A stretch of 64,000 bases of DNA from Candidatus Spechtbacteria bacterium (lineage in GTDB: Bacteria; Patescibacteriota; Minisyncoccia; Spechtbacterales; JACPHP01), in NCBI GenBank assembly GCA_016188605.1, contig JACPHP010000013.1, positions 2,846-66,845 of the forward strand, read 5' to 3'. A program made the translations under genes and the position numbers. This document shows, piece after piece, positions 49,842-59,679 of this stretch (position 1 is its first letter; each line of letters begins with the position of its first letter). Under the pieces are notes generated by a model that did not search any database, was not told the DNA's origin, and saw only the letters and a list, made by a program, of their open reading frames with translations.

Positions 49842-51116
49842 CTATACTCTTTCAATCTTCGCCCCCAATCCCTGCAATTTCTTATCTATAGACTCATATC
49901 CTCTATCAATATGCTCAACGCCATAAACTACGCTCTCGCCCCGCGCGCATATGGCGGCAATTACAAGCGCGGCAGTTCCGCGCAAGTCGTGTCCCTCTAC
50001 ATTTGCGCCAGAAAGTTTGACTCCACCTTCAATAACCGCGCGATGTTCATCAAGTATCTTAACACTTGCTCCCAACTTTACTAATTCACCAAGAACTTTC
50101 ATGCGTCCCTCATATAAAGGATCGTGAATAAGAGTTTGTCCCGGTGTTTGTGTGGCAAGCACCGCGAACAAAGACTGCAAATCTGTTGGAATACCAGGAT
50201 ATGGCATTGCCTGCACTCGACCCAAAGATACTACGTCACACGACCGCACGTGTAAACTTGCATCGCCTTCCTCAATCAACGCGCCGTGTTCGCGAAGTAG
50301 TTTAAGAATCAAGGCAAGATGCTTTGGCGCCGCGTTTTGAATTTGCACGTCTCCTTTTGTGGCAAGGGCGGCAATCAAAAACGTTCCCGTTTCAATAGGG
50401 TCTGGAATAATTCTATGATTAGCGCCATGCAGAGATTTTGCACCTCGCACAGTAAGGTCATGCGAGCCAATCCCCTTTATTTCCACGCCAATAGCTTCGA
50501 GGAACCCGCACAGATCTTGCACGTGCGGTTCTGCCGCGGCAATATGAATCGTGCATTCTCCATTGCCCAATGCCAAAGCCATTAAAATATTTTCTGTTGC
50601 AGTAACACTAAACTCCGAAAGGATAATCTCACTCGGCCTCTCGTGGGATGTCTTGTAAATCTTGATCCATTTTTCTTCCTCTCGTATTTCATAACCCATA
50701 TCACGGAAGGCGTTCAGATGTGTATCGATTGGCCGCGCGCCAATATCACACCCGCCGGGATAAGGTAAATCCACTTCCCCAAAACGCGCGAGCAAGGGTC
50801 CAAAGAATAAAACCGATGAGCGCATACGCCGCATCAGCACGCGCGCTTCTTCGGTAATAACCGGCTTTATATCTTTTGCTTCAATAACAATAGTATGCTC
50901 ATCTTGCCATGTTGCTTGAGCGCCTAACATTCGCAAAACCTCAATCATACTTTCCACGTCCTGAATGCGTGGCACATTCTCAAGCCGGCATGGTTCACTG
51001 GTAAGAAGCGTGGCAGCTAAAATCGGCGTCGCCGCGTTCTTGGAGCCGCCGATGCTTACGATACCATTTAGAGGTACGCAGCCTTGTATGTGAAATGCGT
51101 TAATATTATCTACCAT
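49842..51116 (-). CDS. murA: UDP-N-acetylglucosamine 1-carboxyvinyltransferase
   Basis: GSKNAA, MRSS, PGGCDIGARP, PYPGIPTDLQ, HIDRGYE. Confidence 0.97.
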   Translation of the reverse strand: MVDNINAFHIQGCVPLNGIVSIGGSKNAATPILAATLLTSEPCRLENVPRIQDVESMIEVLRMLGAQATWQDEHTIVIEAKDIKPVITEEARVLMRRMRSSVLFFGPLLARFGEVDLPYPGGCDIGARPIDTHLNAFRDMGYEIREEEKWIKIYKTSHERPSEIILSEFSVTATENILMALALGNGECTIHIAAAEPHVQDLCGFLEAIGVEIKGIGSHDLTVRGAKSLHGANHRIIPDPIETGTFLIAALATKGDVQIQNAAPKHLALILKLLREHGALIEEGDASLHVRSCDVVSLGRVQAMPYPGIPTDLQSLFAVLATQTPGQTLIHDPLYEGRMKVLGELVKLGASVKILDEHRAVIEGGVKLSGANVEGHDLRGTAALVIAAICARGESVVYGVEHIDRGYESIDKKLQGLGAKIERV

Positions 51117-51246
51117 AAATAAGTATCAAAATCATAGCAGAAATAATGATGTGAGGCAAAAATTGGAGAATCGCTTAAAATGGTGTACGTGTACAGTACA
51201 TTGAAATTTGACGTTTTTTATAGCATAATCATATTGAGCATTATTT

Positions 51247-52722
51247 ATGACCAAACGCGCAAGAACCATCTTATTTCTCTCATTTGTTCTACTCTTTCTT
51301 ATTTCCGTTCCTCCGGTAATTTTTTATGCTGACGGCTATAGAATTGATTTCGCGCATTTCCGCATAGTTAAGGTGGGCGCGCTTCGTATCAATGCCCGTC
51401 CGTTTCCCGCAAATATGTATGTTGACGAAAAATTTATTGAATCTACAAGCTTTCTATTTAGAACTACATTCATAACGGACCTGCTACCGCAAAATTATCT
51501 AGTGCAAGTCAAAAAAGACGGTTATCAAACATGGCAAAAACAACTAGCCGTATACGAAGGATCAATAACCAGCGCGACGGCAATCACCCTTTTCCCCATA
51601 TTTCCATTGCAAACAATAATTCAATCCGATGCTGTAAGTAGCGGTTTTTTCCCCGAACCCAAAGGTAGGGCTGCTTTAATTGCTTACAACGCGCAGGATA
51701 GGTCTTATAACATAGGAGCGTATAACAGCCAAACCCATCAACTACTAAATCTTGATATTCCAAATTCAGTCGGGGTGCTTACCGATGTAGTTTGGTCAAA
51801 CGATGCAAAAAAAGCACTTTTAATATTTACAAAATCTAACGGCGCATTCTCGTATATTATTGCGGACAACCTTGGAGAGACTCCAACGATAACATTTGCC
51901 AGCAGTCTCTCTACGCTTCTTCCTTCGAAAGGAATGTTTAGCCGAACACAATGGAGTAATGACAATTCTCACCTCTTAACTATTGTTTCTTACACTGCTA
52001 CAACCAAAAAAACACAACAAGATTTGTATTATATCGACCTAGATACCAATACTTCGACTAAACCCGTACGAGCTAGGTTGGAAAATTACGTGTTAGATGT
52101 AAAAGATTTTCTTGTGCTGCAAGATGGCATATATACTATTGAGGGCGCAATAAATACCATGAATCACTATTCCGCAACCCTGTCAAACAGAACGCAAATC
52201 TCTTCAACGCCCTATCCCGTAACCTTTAACACGCCGAGTGCCGCCTTTCGCCTAATCGGCGATTCGTCAATGATATTTGCTCTACATTCCGACGGTCAAC
52301 TCCTGCGCTTTAATCAAGCAAAGCAAACGTTTGATAAAATTGCGGATGGCGTTAGGAACATCATTCCCGCTCCAGATGGGCTGAAAGTCGCTTTGCAAAA
52401 AGACAACGAGGTATATCTATACTGGGTAAAAGACATTAATGATATACCCAACCATAAAAAAGATGACGTAGAACTTATCTGGAGGCTTTCGGAGCCAATC
52501 AAATGGATAACATGGCTGTCAGCACCTTATCAATATCTTGCCATTGGCACCACAACCTCACTTAGAATAAGCGAGCTTGACACGCGTGACGGCCGCAATA
52601 TTGTATCTTACAAGCAAATAGCGCCAAATTCTGGCATGGTGTGGAATGATCAAAACCAAGAACTGCTACTGGTAAATAAAAATGATTTTGTTGGAGTCTC
52701 GCTGGACAAGACAACGCAATAA
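51247..52722 (+). CDS. Membrane-anchored PEGA-domain/beta-propeller protein
   Basis: N-terminal TM, YADGYR.D...G.L.I..P, KDGYQTWQK; CPR-type architecture. Confidence 0.75.
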   Translation: MTKRARTILFLSFVLLFLISVPPVIFYADGYRIDFAHFRIVKVGALRINARPFPANMYVDEKFIESTSFLFRTTFITDLLPQNYLVQVKKDGYQTWQKQLAVYEGSITSATAITLFPIFPLQTIIQSDAVSSGFFPEPKGRAALIAYNAQDRSYNIGAYNSQTHQLLNLDIPNSVGVLTDVVWSNDAKKALLIFTKSNGAFSYIIADNLGETPTITFASSLSTLLPSKGMFSRTQWSNDNSHLLTIVSYTATTKKTQQDLYYIDLDTNTSTKPVRARLENYVLDVKDFLVLQDGIYTIEGAINTMNHYSATLSNRTQISSTPYPVTFNTPSAAFRLIGDSSMIFALHSDGQLLRFNQAKQTFDKIADGVRNIIPAPDGLKVALQKDNEVYLYWVKDINDIPNHKKDDVELIWRLSEPIKWITWLSAPYQYLAIGTTTSLRISELDTRDGRNIVSYKQIAPNSGMVWNDQNQELLLVNKNDFVGVSLDKTTQ

Positions 52723-52745
52723 GTTTCAATGCTACTTCATTGCTT

Positions 52746-52780
52746 CAAAAAACAACCCGCATAGTTTGCGGGTTGTTTTT
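52746..52780. terminator. Bidirectional terminator
   Basis: AAAAAACAACCCGCA-TAGTT-TGCGGGTTGTTTTT. Confidence 0.8.
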
Positions 52781-52796
52781 AATAATATAGTTAAGT

Positions 52797-53357
52797 TTAG
52801 CGTTTCTGCCATTGAGGCGCTCTGCGAGCTTTCTTATATCCAAACTTCTTACGCTCCACTTCGCGCGGATCGCGGCGCAAATACCCCGCGCGCTTAAGGC
52901 GCGTGCGTAATTCATCGTTGTACAGTACCAACGCTCTAGCCGTGCCAAGGCGCATCGCCTCTGCCTGACCCCTCACACCGCCTCCCTGAGTTTTAACAGA
53001 TACAAAAAATCTATCCATTATCTTTGCTTTGCGCAATGCACCATTTGCAAGCATACGTAATTCTTCCGTAGAAAAAAACTCTGCGAACTCGCGCTCGTTA
53101 ACCATAATCTTTTTATCACCCTCTACATATAGACGGACGCGTGCAATCGCTGCCTTTCGTCTGCCGACTGCTTCATAATAAGAGCGGTCTGGAGTCTTAA
53201 AAGCCTCCTCCGCTTCGTTTTCCGCAGGAGCAACTTTAACCGTTTCATGTTTTAACGGTTTTACATCCTCTATCGCAAATGACTGCGCTACTTTTGGTGT
53301 TGCGGCGGTCTTTATGCGAGCTGGCGTTTTGTGCGTTGTTTTCTTTGTTTCTGGCAT
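52797..53357 (-). CDS. rpsI: 30S ribosomal protein S9 (N-terminal extension)
   Basis: GRRK..ARV, GGG..GQA, RDPR..ERKK.G..KARRAPQWQKR. Confidence 0.97.
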   Translation of the reverse strand: MPETKKTTHKTPARIKTAATPKVAQSFAIEDVKPLKHETVKVAPAENEAEEAFKTPDRSYYEAVGRRKAAIARVRLYVEGDKKIMVNEREFAEFFSTEELRMLANGALRKAKIMDRFFVSVKTQGGGVRGQAEAMRLGTARALVLYNDELRTRLKRAGYLRRDPREVERKKFGYKKARRAPQWQKR

Positions 53358-53363
53358 AATCCT

Positions 53364-53732
53364 TTATTTCTTTATAGTTAAACGCTTCATCCTGTCGTTT
53401 CGCAATTTATTTTTCGGAAGCATTCCATATACTGCGCGCTTCAAAACATCTGCCGGATCTTTCTGCCAAAGCTCTGTCAATGAACGTGTTTTTAAACCAC
53501 CGGGATAACGGCTGTGATGATAATATAGTTTGTCTGTCATTTTTTTCCCCGTTACTTCCACTTCTTTCACGTTTTCAATTTCTACCGCATGACCTTCGTC
53601 TTTGTTTGGCATCCAGGTAGCCTTATCTTTGCCTTGTAGCAAAACAGCGACTTCAGTTGCGAGCCTTCCGAGCGTTTTGCCTTTTGCGTCAATCACAATC
53701 GGCGATTCAGTTGTTGCTTTTATGATTTTCAT
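53364..53732 (-). CDS. rplM: 50S ribosomal protein L13
   Basis: DAKGKTLGRLAT, YYHHSRYPGGLK, AVYGMLPKN. Confidence 0.97.
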   Translation of the reverse strand: MKIIKATTESPIVIDAKGKTLGRLATEVAVLLQGKDKATWMPNKDEGHAVEIENVKEVEVTGKKMTDKLYYHHSRYPGGLKTRSLTELWQKDPADVLKRAVYGMLPKNKLRNDRMKRLTIKK

Positions 53733-53739
53733 GTTGATT

Positions 53740-53801
53740 ACTGCCGATCGCCTACCGACTACCGTCGTTAAGCGGTTTGCGGTAGACGGTAAGCGGTAGT
53801 C
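53740..53801. repeat. Family C inverted repeat
   Basis: CTACCGACTACCGTC..GCGGTAGACGGTAAGCGGTAG. Confidence 0.8.
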
Positions 53802-53806
53802 AATTA

Positions 53807-54154
53807 TTATACAAATTCAATAATAGCTCGAAGGGCTGAATCTCCCTTGCGCGGTTCGCGCTTCGTAATTCTGGTATACCCTCCGTTTCGTTCCATATAG
53901 CGTGGCGCTACAACATCTACAAGATGCTTCGCCGTTTCCGCTGTAAGAAATTTACGTATAACTCGACGATTTGCCACAGAACCAGTTCGAGCTCTTGTTA
54001 TCAATCTCTCTACAACAGGACGAATTTCTTTTGCTCTCACTTCGGTTGTAGTTATTTTTTCATGCAAAATAAGCGACTCCGCCAAGCTCTTAATAAGTTG
54101 GCTACGCGCATCTCTCTTCAAGCTCATTTTTCGTCCCTTTTTATTCTTAGCCAT
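53807..54154 (-). CDS. rplQ: 50S ribosomal protein L17
   Basis: ITTTEVRAKE, RNGGYTRI, RKGDSA. Confidence 0.96.
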   Translation of the reverse strand: MAKNKKGRKMSLKRDARSQLIKSLAESLILHEKITTTEVRAKEIRPVVERLITRARTGSVANRRVIRKFLTAETAKHLVDVVAPRYMERNGGYTRITKREPRKGDSALRAIIEFV

Positions 54155-54161
54155 ATTTATT

Positions 54162-54219
54162 ACTGCTGACCGCATACCGTCAACCGACTACTGTCGTCGG
54201 TAAACGGTTGTCGGTTAGC
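54162..54219. repeat. Family C inverted repeat
   Basis: ACCGCATACCGTCAACCGAC..GTCGGTAAACGGTTGTCGGTT. Confidence 0.8.
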
Positions 54220-54221
54220 TG

Positions 54222-55187
54222 TTAGCTTTTCAATGACAATTTAACTTTCTTCAATGCTTTCTTAATTTCATCTACTCCTTTTTGCCCCATGCCCTCCACT
54301 TCTAGCAAGTCATCTTCGGTCTTCTTTACAAGCCCCGCCACTGTCTTAATTCCGCCCCCTTCAAGCACATTACTCGTTCTTGTAGAAATTTTCAACTCCG
54401 ACGCTGGCATTTTCATTATAGCTTCCTCGCCCCCCCTCTCCTCTACTTCCTCCGTTTCTTTAGAGGCGGCTGATTTCTGGCTTGTCTCAATTTGCAGTAG
54501 TGTTAAAAACTGATCGACAAGCACCTGTACGGCGGTTTGAAAAGCCGCCTCCGGTGAAATACTACCGTCTGTTTCTATCTCAAATTTAACCCTATTATAA
54601 TCCGTGCGATCGCCTACACGCATATCCTCAACTACGAAGTTCGCTTTGCGTACCGGAGTAAAGATTGCGTCCAGAGGAATAACTCCAACCGAAGCTTTAT
54701 CGCCCTTGCGCTGCGCTACGCTCTCGTAGCCCATGCCTGCCTGCACTTCCATTTCCATTTCTAATGTAACATTTTTGTCTGTCAAGGTTGCTATATGCGC
54801 GTCTTTGTTGATTATTTCAACTTGGCTAGGGGTCTCAATGTCTCCCGCCGTAACATCTTTCTTGCCCCTTACCTTCAATGTTATTCTTTGCGACTCATCG
54901 CCGTGAAGCATGATGCGGATAGCCTTCAAATTCAAGGTGATTTCTAAAACGTCTTCGAGCACGCCCTCAATGGTTGAAAATTCGTGATTGACTCCGCTTA
55001 TTTTTACTGAAGTAATTGCCGCACCGGGAATTGAAGAAAGCAAAACACGGCGCAAAGCGTTGCCAAGGGTCACGCCAAAGCCAGGGTATAAATCCTCAAT
55101 TTCAACAACTGTACGCATGGTATCTCCGACACGAGTTTTATCATGCTCCATTACACGTGGTGATTTGGGTAAAGAAATAGATGGCAT
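54222..55187 (-). CDS. rpoA: RNA polymerase subunit alpha
   Basis: GFGVTLGNALRRVLLSS, HEFSTIEGV.ED, alpha-CTD. Confidence 0.98.
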   Translation of the reverse strand: MPSISLPKSPRVMEHDKTRVGDTMRTVVEIEDLYPGFGVTLGNALRRVLLSSIPGAAITSVKISGVNHEFSTIEGVLEDVLEITLNLKAIRIMLHGDESQRITLKVRGKKDVTAGDIETPSQVEIINKDAHIATLTDKNVTLEMEMEVQAGMGYESVAQRKGDKASVGVIPLDAIFTPVRKANFVVEDMRVGDRTDYNRVKFEIETDGSISPEAAFQTAVQVLVDQFLTLLQIETSQKSAASKETEEVEERGGEEAIMKMPASELKISTRTSNVLEGGGIKTVAGLVKKTEDDLLEVEGMGQKGVDEIKKALKKVKLSLKS

Positions 55188-55195
55188 AAAAAATA

Positions 55196-55388
55196 AATTT
55201 AATTTTCAATTTTCAATAATCAATTTTCAATGAATTTACAATGTTTCAATTACTAATCGTGTGTTTTCAGCCATAGGCTGATCCGCCTCAGGCGGAGAAA
55301 ATTAGTTAGTTACGTCATTGATTGCGTAAAGCAACGTGGTTGCCACGCAACTATACGTTGAAAATTGGAAATTGATAATTGAAAATTT
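55196..55388. repeat. Family F inverted repeat with a nested TCAGCC..GGCTGATCCGCCTCAGGCGGA element
   Basis: AATTTTCAATTTTCAAT...ATTGGAAATTGATAATTGAAAATT. Confidence 0.8.
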
Positions 55389-55395
55389 AGCATTA

Positions 55396-55887
55396 TTATC
55401 TACTATAAAACTCTATTACTGAATGAATATTAACCTCCATACCCGCCTCTTCAACTGCCGCACGACCAACCACCGTCCCCTCTTTCTTCTCTTTGTCTAA
55501 ACGAATCCATGTGGGGGCTTGATGTTTTTTGAGTCGCTCGTCTAAATCAATAAATATCCCCCTTTGCGTATGAGCAAGCCTTATACCCACCACATCGTTT
55601 ATTTTACTCTGATATGATGGTGTATTTAACACTTTACCATTTACGGTGATGTGCTTATGGCCAACCATCTGGCGGGCCATTGGGCGTGTCATCGCAAAAC
55701 CAAGACGATATACAACGCTATCTAGTCTCATTTCTAAAAGATTAAAAACGTCATCTGGCTTTTGCGCCTTCTTAAAATAGTTATGGAATTGGCGTTCGCG
55801 CAACCCATAGCCATTTCGCAGTTTCTGCTTTTCAGCAAACTGCTGGCCGTATTCTGATTTTTGTCGTCTTGCTCCGCCTTTTGGCAT
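55396..55887 (-). CDS. rpsD: 30S ribosomal protein S4 (N-terminally short)
   Basis: SEYGQQ..EKQKLR, LEMRLDSVVYRLG, ARQMV.H, VIEFYSR. Confidence 0.95.
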   Translation of the reverse strand: MPKGGARRQKSEYGQQFAEKQKLRNGYGLRERQFHNYFKKAQKPDDVFNLLEMRLDSVVYRLGFAMTRPMARQMVGHKHITVNGKVLNTPSYQSKINDVVGIRLAHTQRGIFIDLDERLKKHQAPTWIRLDKEKKEGTVVGRAAVEEAGMEVNIHSVIEFYSR

Positions 55888-55894
55888 AAAATAT

Positions 55895-55954
55895 AAAATT
55901 TAAATCTCAACCCTTAAAGTAATTTTGAGTTTTGAGATTTGCATTTTGAGATTT
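55895..55954. repeat. Truncated family A element
   Basis: AAATCTCAA..TTTTGAGTTTTGAGATTTGCATTTTGAGATTT. Confidence 0.7.
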
Positions 55955-55956
55955 AT

Positions 55957-56409
55957 TTATACGTGTCTTACTCTCTTTGGCCTGCATCCATTATGAGCAA
56001 TCGGCGTAATATCTTTTAGTGATACAACGTTTACTCCGCGACCCGTTACTGCGCGCAGAGCTGCATCACGGCCGCCTCCAATACCGCTTACTAATACAGA
56101 GATCTGCTCAATTGCGACTTTTCCCAAGCGCTCAAATGCAGTTTCCACTGCTTTTGATGCCGCAAACGGCGTTGCCTTTTTGGGACCCTTAAAGCCTAGA
56201 TTGCCGGAAGAAGCCCAGGAAAGCACGCTTCCCTTCTCATCTGTAATTGTTATCAATACGTTGTTGTAAGAAGCTTTGATGTAAACTTTGCCGTTTTTTA
56301 TGCCGGCGACTTTCTTTCCAGCATTTTTGGACGCCAAGCCAGCCTCGGATTCATCCGATTCTTTTAATACCTCTTCTTCAGGTTTTCCTGCTACGCGTTT
56401 TTTACCCAT
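55957..56409 (-). CDS. rpsK: 30S ribosomal protein S11
   Basis: SYNN, GFKGPKKATPFAA, DITPIAHNGCRP. Confidence 0.97.
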   Translation of the reverse strand: MGKKRVAGKPEEEVLKESDESEAGLASKNAGKKVAGIKNGKVYIKASYNNVLITITDEKGSVLSWASSGNLGFKGPKKATPFAASKAVETAFERLGKVAIEQISVLVSGIGGGRDAALRAVTGRGVNVVSLKDITPIAHNGCRPKRVRHV

Positions 56410-56421
56410 AATTTATTATTT

Positions 56422-56522
56422 GCTAACTGCTGACCGTCTACCGCAAACCGCTTAACGACGATTGACAGTAACATGTGTACGGTTGTCGGTATGCGGTAGA
56501 CGGTATGCTGTCGTCAGTTAGC
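56422..56522. repeat. Family C inverted repeat
   Basis: GCTAACTG..ACCGTCTACCGCA..TGCGGTAGACGGT..CAGTTAGC. Confidence 0.85.
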
Positions 56523-56538
56523 ATTAGTCATTTTATTA

Positions 56539-56925
56539 TTATGTTGGGCTCGCTGACGGCTTGCGGCCCGAACCCATGGTCTTGCGAACGTTGCCACGCA
56601 CGGTGCGTGAGTTGGTTCTGGTGCGCTGGCCGCGTGTCGGCAAACCTTTTGCGTGTCTTGTTCCACGATAAGCTCCGATATCCTTCAAACGTTTAACATT
56701 TCCCGAGATCTCTCTGCGCAAATCACCCTCAATCTTATATACTTCCATTAAATTACGCAAGACATTGACCTCCTCAGCCGTAAGCTCTTTGGCTCGGCGG
56801 TCAGGACTAATTTTGGCTTGGGCTAAAAGTTTTTTACTCAAAGTCGGACCAACGCCAAAAATATAGGTCAATGATACCTCTATACGCTTATTCTCTGGTA
56901 TTTCAACTCCTGCTATACGTGGCAT
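56539..56925 (-). CDS. rpsM: 30S ribosomal protein S13
   Basis: [25 protein letters not shown]. Confidence 0.98.
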   Translation of the reverse strand: MPRIAGVEIPENKRIEVSLTYIFGVGPTLSKKLLAQAKISPDRRAKELTAEEVNVLRNLMEVYKIEGDLRREISGNVKRLKDIGAYRGTRHAKGLPTRGQRTRTNSRTVRGNVRKTMGSGRKPSASPT

Positions 56926-56936
56926 AACAATAATTT

Positions 56937-57050
56937 AAATTTCAAAATCCAAATGTCAAATTACAAATGAATGTCAAAATCTAAAGTTTAAAATTTTGAT
57001 ATTGATCATTTGAACTTGATTTGACATTTGAAATTTAGACTTTGACATTT
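56937..57050. repeat. Family B inverted repeat
   Basis: AATTTCAAAATCCAAATGTCAAATTACAAATG...TTTGACATTTT. Confidence 0.85.
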
Positions 57051-57061
57051 TGCATTTTACT

Positions 57062-57178
57062 TTATCCCTGTCGCTGTTTATGCTTCGGAGTAGTCTTGCA
57101 TATAACAAAAATCACACCTCTGCGGCGGACTATTTTACACGATCTACACATTGTTTTTACGGATGCTCGTACTTTCAT
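57062..57178 (-). CDS. rpmJ: 50S ribosomal protein L36
   Basis: Manual translation [38 protein letters not shown]. Confidence 0.97.
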   Translation of the reverse strand: MKVRASVKTMCRSCKIVRRRGVIFVICKTTPKHKQRQG

Positions 57179-57278
57179 AGTTTTTAATCTAATTATAGCA
57201 ATGCTCTAATTAGACTCGCGAAATAACGCAGACTTAACGCGGAAACACGCGGAAAGCAAGTTAACTTAATTGCTAAAA

Positions 57279-57500
57279 TTACTTCTGACGATAAACAATG
57301 CGCCCCTTCGTAAGATCGTAGGGGCTCATCTCAACGGTTACGTGATCACCGGGCAAAATGCGAATAAAATTCACACGCATCTTCCCCGAAAGATGGGCTA
57401 GAATTTCTGGCTTTCCTTCTTCGCTTATCTGTACACGAAATGTCGTGTTGGGAAGCGCTTCAATTACAATACCCTCCTTTCTAATTACGTCTTTGTTCAT
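57279..57500 (-). CDS. infA: Translation initiation factor IF-1
   Basis: [29 protein letters not shown]. Confidence 0.97.
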   Translation of the reverse strand: MNKDVIRKEGIVIEALPNTTFRVQISEEGKPEILAHLSGKMRVNFIRILPGDHVTVEMSPYDLTKGRIVYRQK

Positions 57501-57515
57501 ATAAAGTATATTGAA

Positions 57516-57544
57516 AGATTAGCAAGATTGAGTTAAATCGTCAA
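57516..57544 (-). promoter_or_regulatory. Putative infA promoter
   Basis: TTGACG-17-TAATCT with extended TG. Confidence 0.5.
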
Positions 57545-57685
57545 GAGCGGCCTATGTTTGGGTTGTTTAGTGCTAGTACAGCCACGCCCCGCACTGTCAT
57601 AATTATCTAATAAATTGCCTGTAGAGGCAAGTTCCCATAACCTAAATCGTTAAAAAGGCTCCGAAGTTACTCGGAGCCAATAATA

Positions 57686-58318
57686 TTAAAAAGTAAATTC
57701 TGGTAAAACTACTTTGGGAAGATCTGGGTCTGGCTTTAACACAAAGCTAATATCCTGGCCATTTACCTTGCATATAAATCGGCCGGAATCGATATCCGCT
57801 CGCATCACTTTAAGGCAAGCCTCAAAATCCCCTTCTACCAATACCCCGCCCCCAAACATCATGCCACACTGCATCATTAGGTTAATCGATGTTCCAAAAT
57901 CATCGACGACAATGTATCCGTCACGGTCAACGTACACGCCGCCTTCAAATGGCTTGCATTGATATCCCGCAAGCGTCCGCTCAACTAGCCCTCTTAAATC
58001 GCGAATATATCCGTACGAAGGCTTGCCCAGGGCATTCCCATAGCCAAGCTCGTAAGCCGTGCCATCGTCCATGCACACGCCACGGAACGAGTTGCAGTTC
58101 GCGACCACGAAATGGCATTGCTGAATCTGCTGAATGTCGCCGCGATAAATTTTCATCGCGGTGTCCATGCCGCCATTAAAATCTATGCCGGAGTTGTTAT
58201 CCATCGGATGAAGAGGCGTAAAACCGTACTTACGGCATAGTTGGCGCTGAATTTCAGCATTCTCAACCGCGTTGGGAAGAAACACCTCGGGACCAGCTAG
58301 ATAAAGCTTTGGCCGCAT
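57686..58318 (-). CDS. Nucleoside 2-deoxyribosyltransferase family protein
   Basis: YLAGPEVF, D.GTAYELGY..ALGKP, INLMM; start after GGAGGAG. Confidence 0.88.
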   Translation of the reverse strand: MRPKLYLAGPEVFLPNAVENAEIQRQLCRKYGFTPLHPMDNNSGIDFNGGMDTAMKIYRGDIQQIQQCHFVVANCNSFRGVCMDDGTAYELGYGNALGKPSYGYIRDLRGLVERTLAGYQCKPFEGGVYVDRDGYIVVDDFGTSINLMMQCGMMFGGGVLVEGDFEACLKVMRADIDSGRFICKVNGQDISFVLKPDPDLPKVVLPEFTF

Positions 58319-58361
58319 TTTATCTCCTCCATTAAAAACTTCATTAAGATTATCAAATATA

Positions 58362-59492
58362 TTATCGAACATCGAGAGCCGCCGAAGAATACTCTAGCAT
58401 CTTTGGTCTTATGACTACCTTCTTCTCGTCGCTTCGCTCGATATGTCCGGCATAACACGCGCCAAACCTATTAGGATACGAATATCCTTCGAGTACATCC
58501 AAAACTTTCTTCACGTCTGCTTCTGGTACATAAATGGCAAAACCTGCTCCCATATTGAAGTTGCCGTAGGCTTCCTGATCATCTATAGGACCCTGCTTTT
58601 GTAAAAAATCAAAAATCGGCAGTTGCTTGGGCAAAGATTCAATAATATAGGCAAAAGGTTGCGTTGCGCGCATGAGCTTGCGCCAACCATGACCTGTAAT
58701 GTTTACAGCGTAATGAATATTCACGCCTCGATTTAGGCAATCTTCTACCAATGGGGTATAGATGCAAGTAGGGTCTAGAAGCGCATCTCCATAGGTTCGT
58801 CCATCACTAAGTTGAGTGAGGTAACCGTCCGGCAACCTATCAGCAATCTTTCGAGCCATAGTAAGGCCGTTAGCATGTATCCCCGAGCTCTCGATCATAA
58901 TAATTGCATCGCCATGCTGGATATTACTTGTTGCGATCAATCGCTTTTTTGGCTTAATGATACCTATTGCCGAGCCAGATAAAACAAAAGTTCCTGGAAT
59001 GATAATGTCTTTAAGAGTAGGAGTTTCCCCTCCGCCCCACGTACAACGAGCTAAGTCGCAAGCCTTCTTGTGTCCCTCGATAAGATCCATGCATCGCCTC
59101 TCGTCATCAAACCAACTTGAATCGCCGACAGCAAGATGCATAGCTACTGAAAGAGGCAACGCGCCAAGTGTAACCATATCATTAACAATCATTGCCACAT
59201 TGCATTGCGCGATATTACCGTAATAATACTTCCCCGTAAGACGATGCATTGCGTCAGCAATGAGACTCTTTGTACCAAGTCCTTCTTCGACATGAGCGAG
59301 ATAACTGTCTTCTGTCTCAATAAGATAAACGCTTTCTCCCCTGCTCGTTCGTACTTCCTTAAACTCTCCATTATTGAATCGACTAATATTACCTGCGGTT
59401 TCGCGCGCCGCGAGTTGCGCCATTCGCTTAAATGGATCCATGGCCTCGTAGTCAACACCAACACCAGCGTATGTCATTTTTTTGTCCATCAC
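58362..59492 (-). CDS. purM: PurM-like AIR synthase-related protein
   Basis: TYAGVGVD, EGLGTK, AMIVND, GGET, SSGIHANG, ITGHG, FNMGAG. Confidence 0.85.
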   Translation of the reverse strand: MMDKKMTYAGVGVDYEAMDPFKRMAQLAARETAGNISRFNNGEFKEVRTSRGESVYLIETEDSYLAHVEEGLGTKSLIADAMHRLTGKYYYGNIAQCNVAMIVNDMVTLGALPLSVAMHLAVGDSSWFDDERRCMDLIEGHKKACDLARCTWGGGETPTLKDIIIPGTFVLSGSAIGIIKPKKRLIATSNIQHGDAIIMIESSGIHANGLTMARKIADRLPDGYLTQLSDGRTYGDALLDPTCIYTPLVEDCLNRGVNIHYAVNITGHGWRKLMRATQPFAYIIESLPKQLPIFDFLQKQGPIDDQEAYGNFNMGAGFAIYVPEADVKKVLDVLEGYSYPNRFGACYAGHIERSDEKKVVIRPKMLEYSSAALDVR

Positions 59493-59525
59493 CCACTCCT
59501 TGTCAGATTATTGCCCGCCGCCAAA

Positions 59526-59552
59526 GAAAAAGCCCTATTTGAAACAGGGCTT
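59526..59552 (-). terminator. Terminator after the small Lys-rich ORF
   Basis: Minus strand AAGCCCTGTTTCAAATAGGGCTTTTTC. Confidence 0.65.
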
Positions 59553-59566
59553 AAGAAATCAAAGAA

Positions 59567-59632
59567 TTACTTCTTCTTTGATTTCTTTGGCTTTTTCTTT
59601 TCTCTGCGCGGAGCGCTATTTCCTTTTGCCAT
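59567..59632 (-). CDS. 21-aa lysine-rich small protein (MAKGNSAPRREKKKPKKSKKK)
   Basis: Manual ORF, flanked by a perfect TGCTATAAT upstream and a terminator downstream. Confidence 0.55.
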   Translation of the reverse strand: MAKGNSAPRREKKKPKKSKKK

Positions 59633-59679
59633 AAAATGTATGTATTTACATTAACTAAAGACCTTTAGTGTCTAAATAT

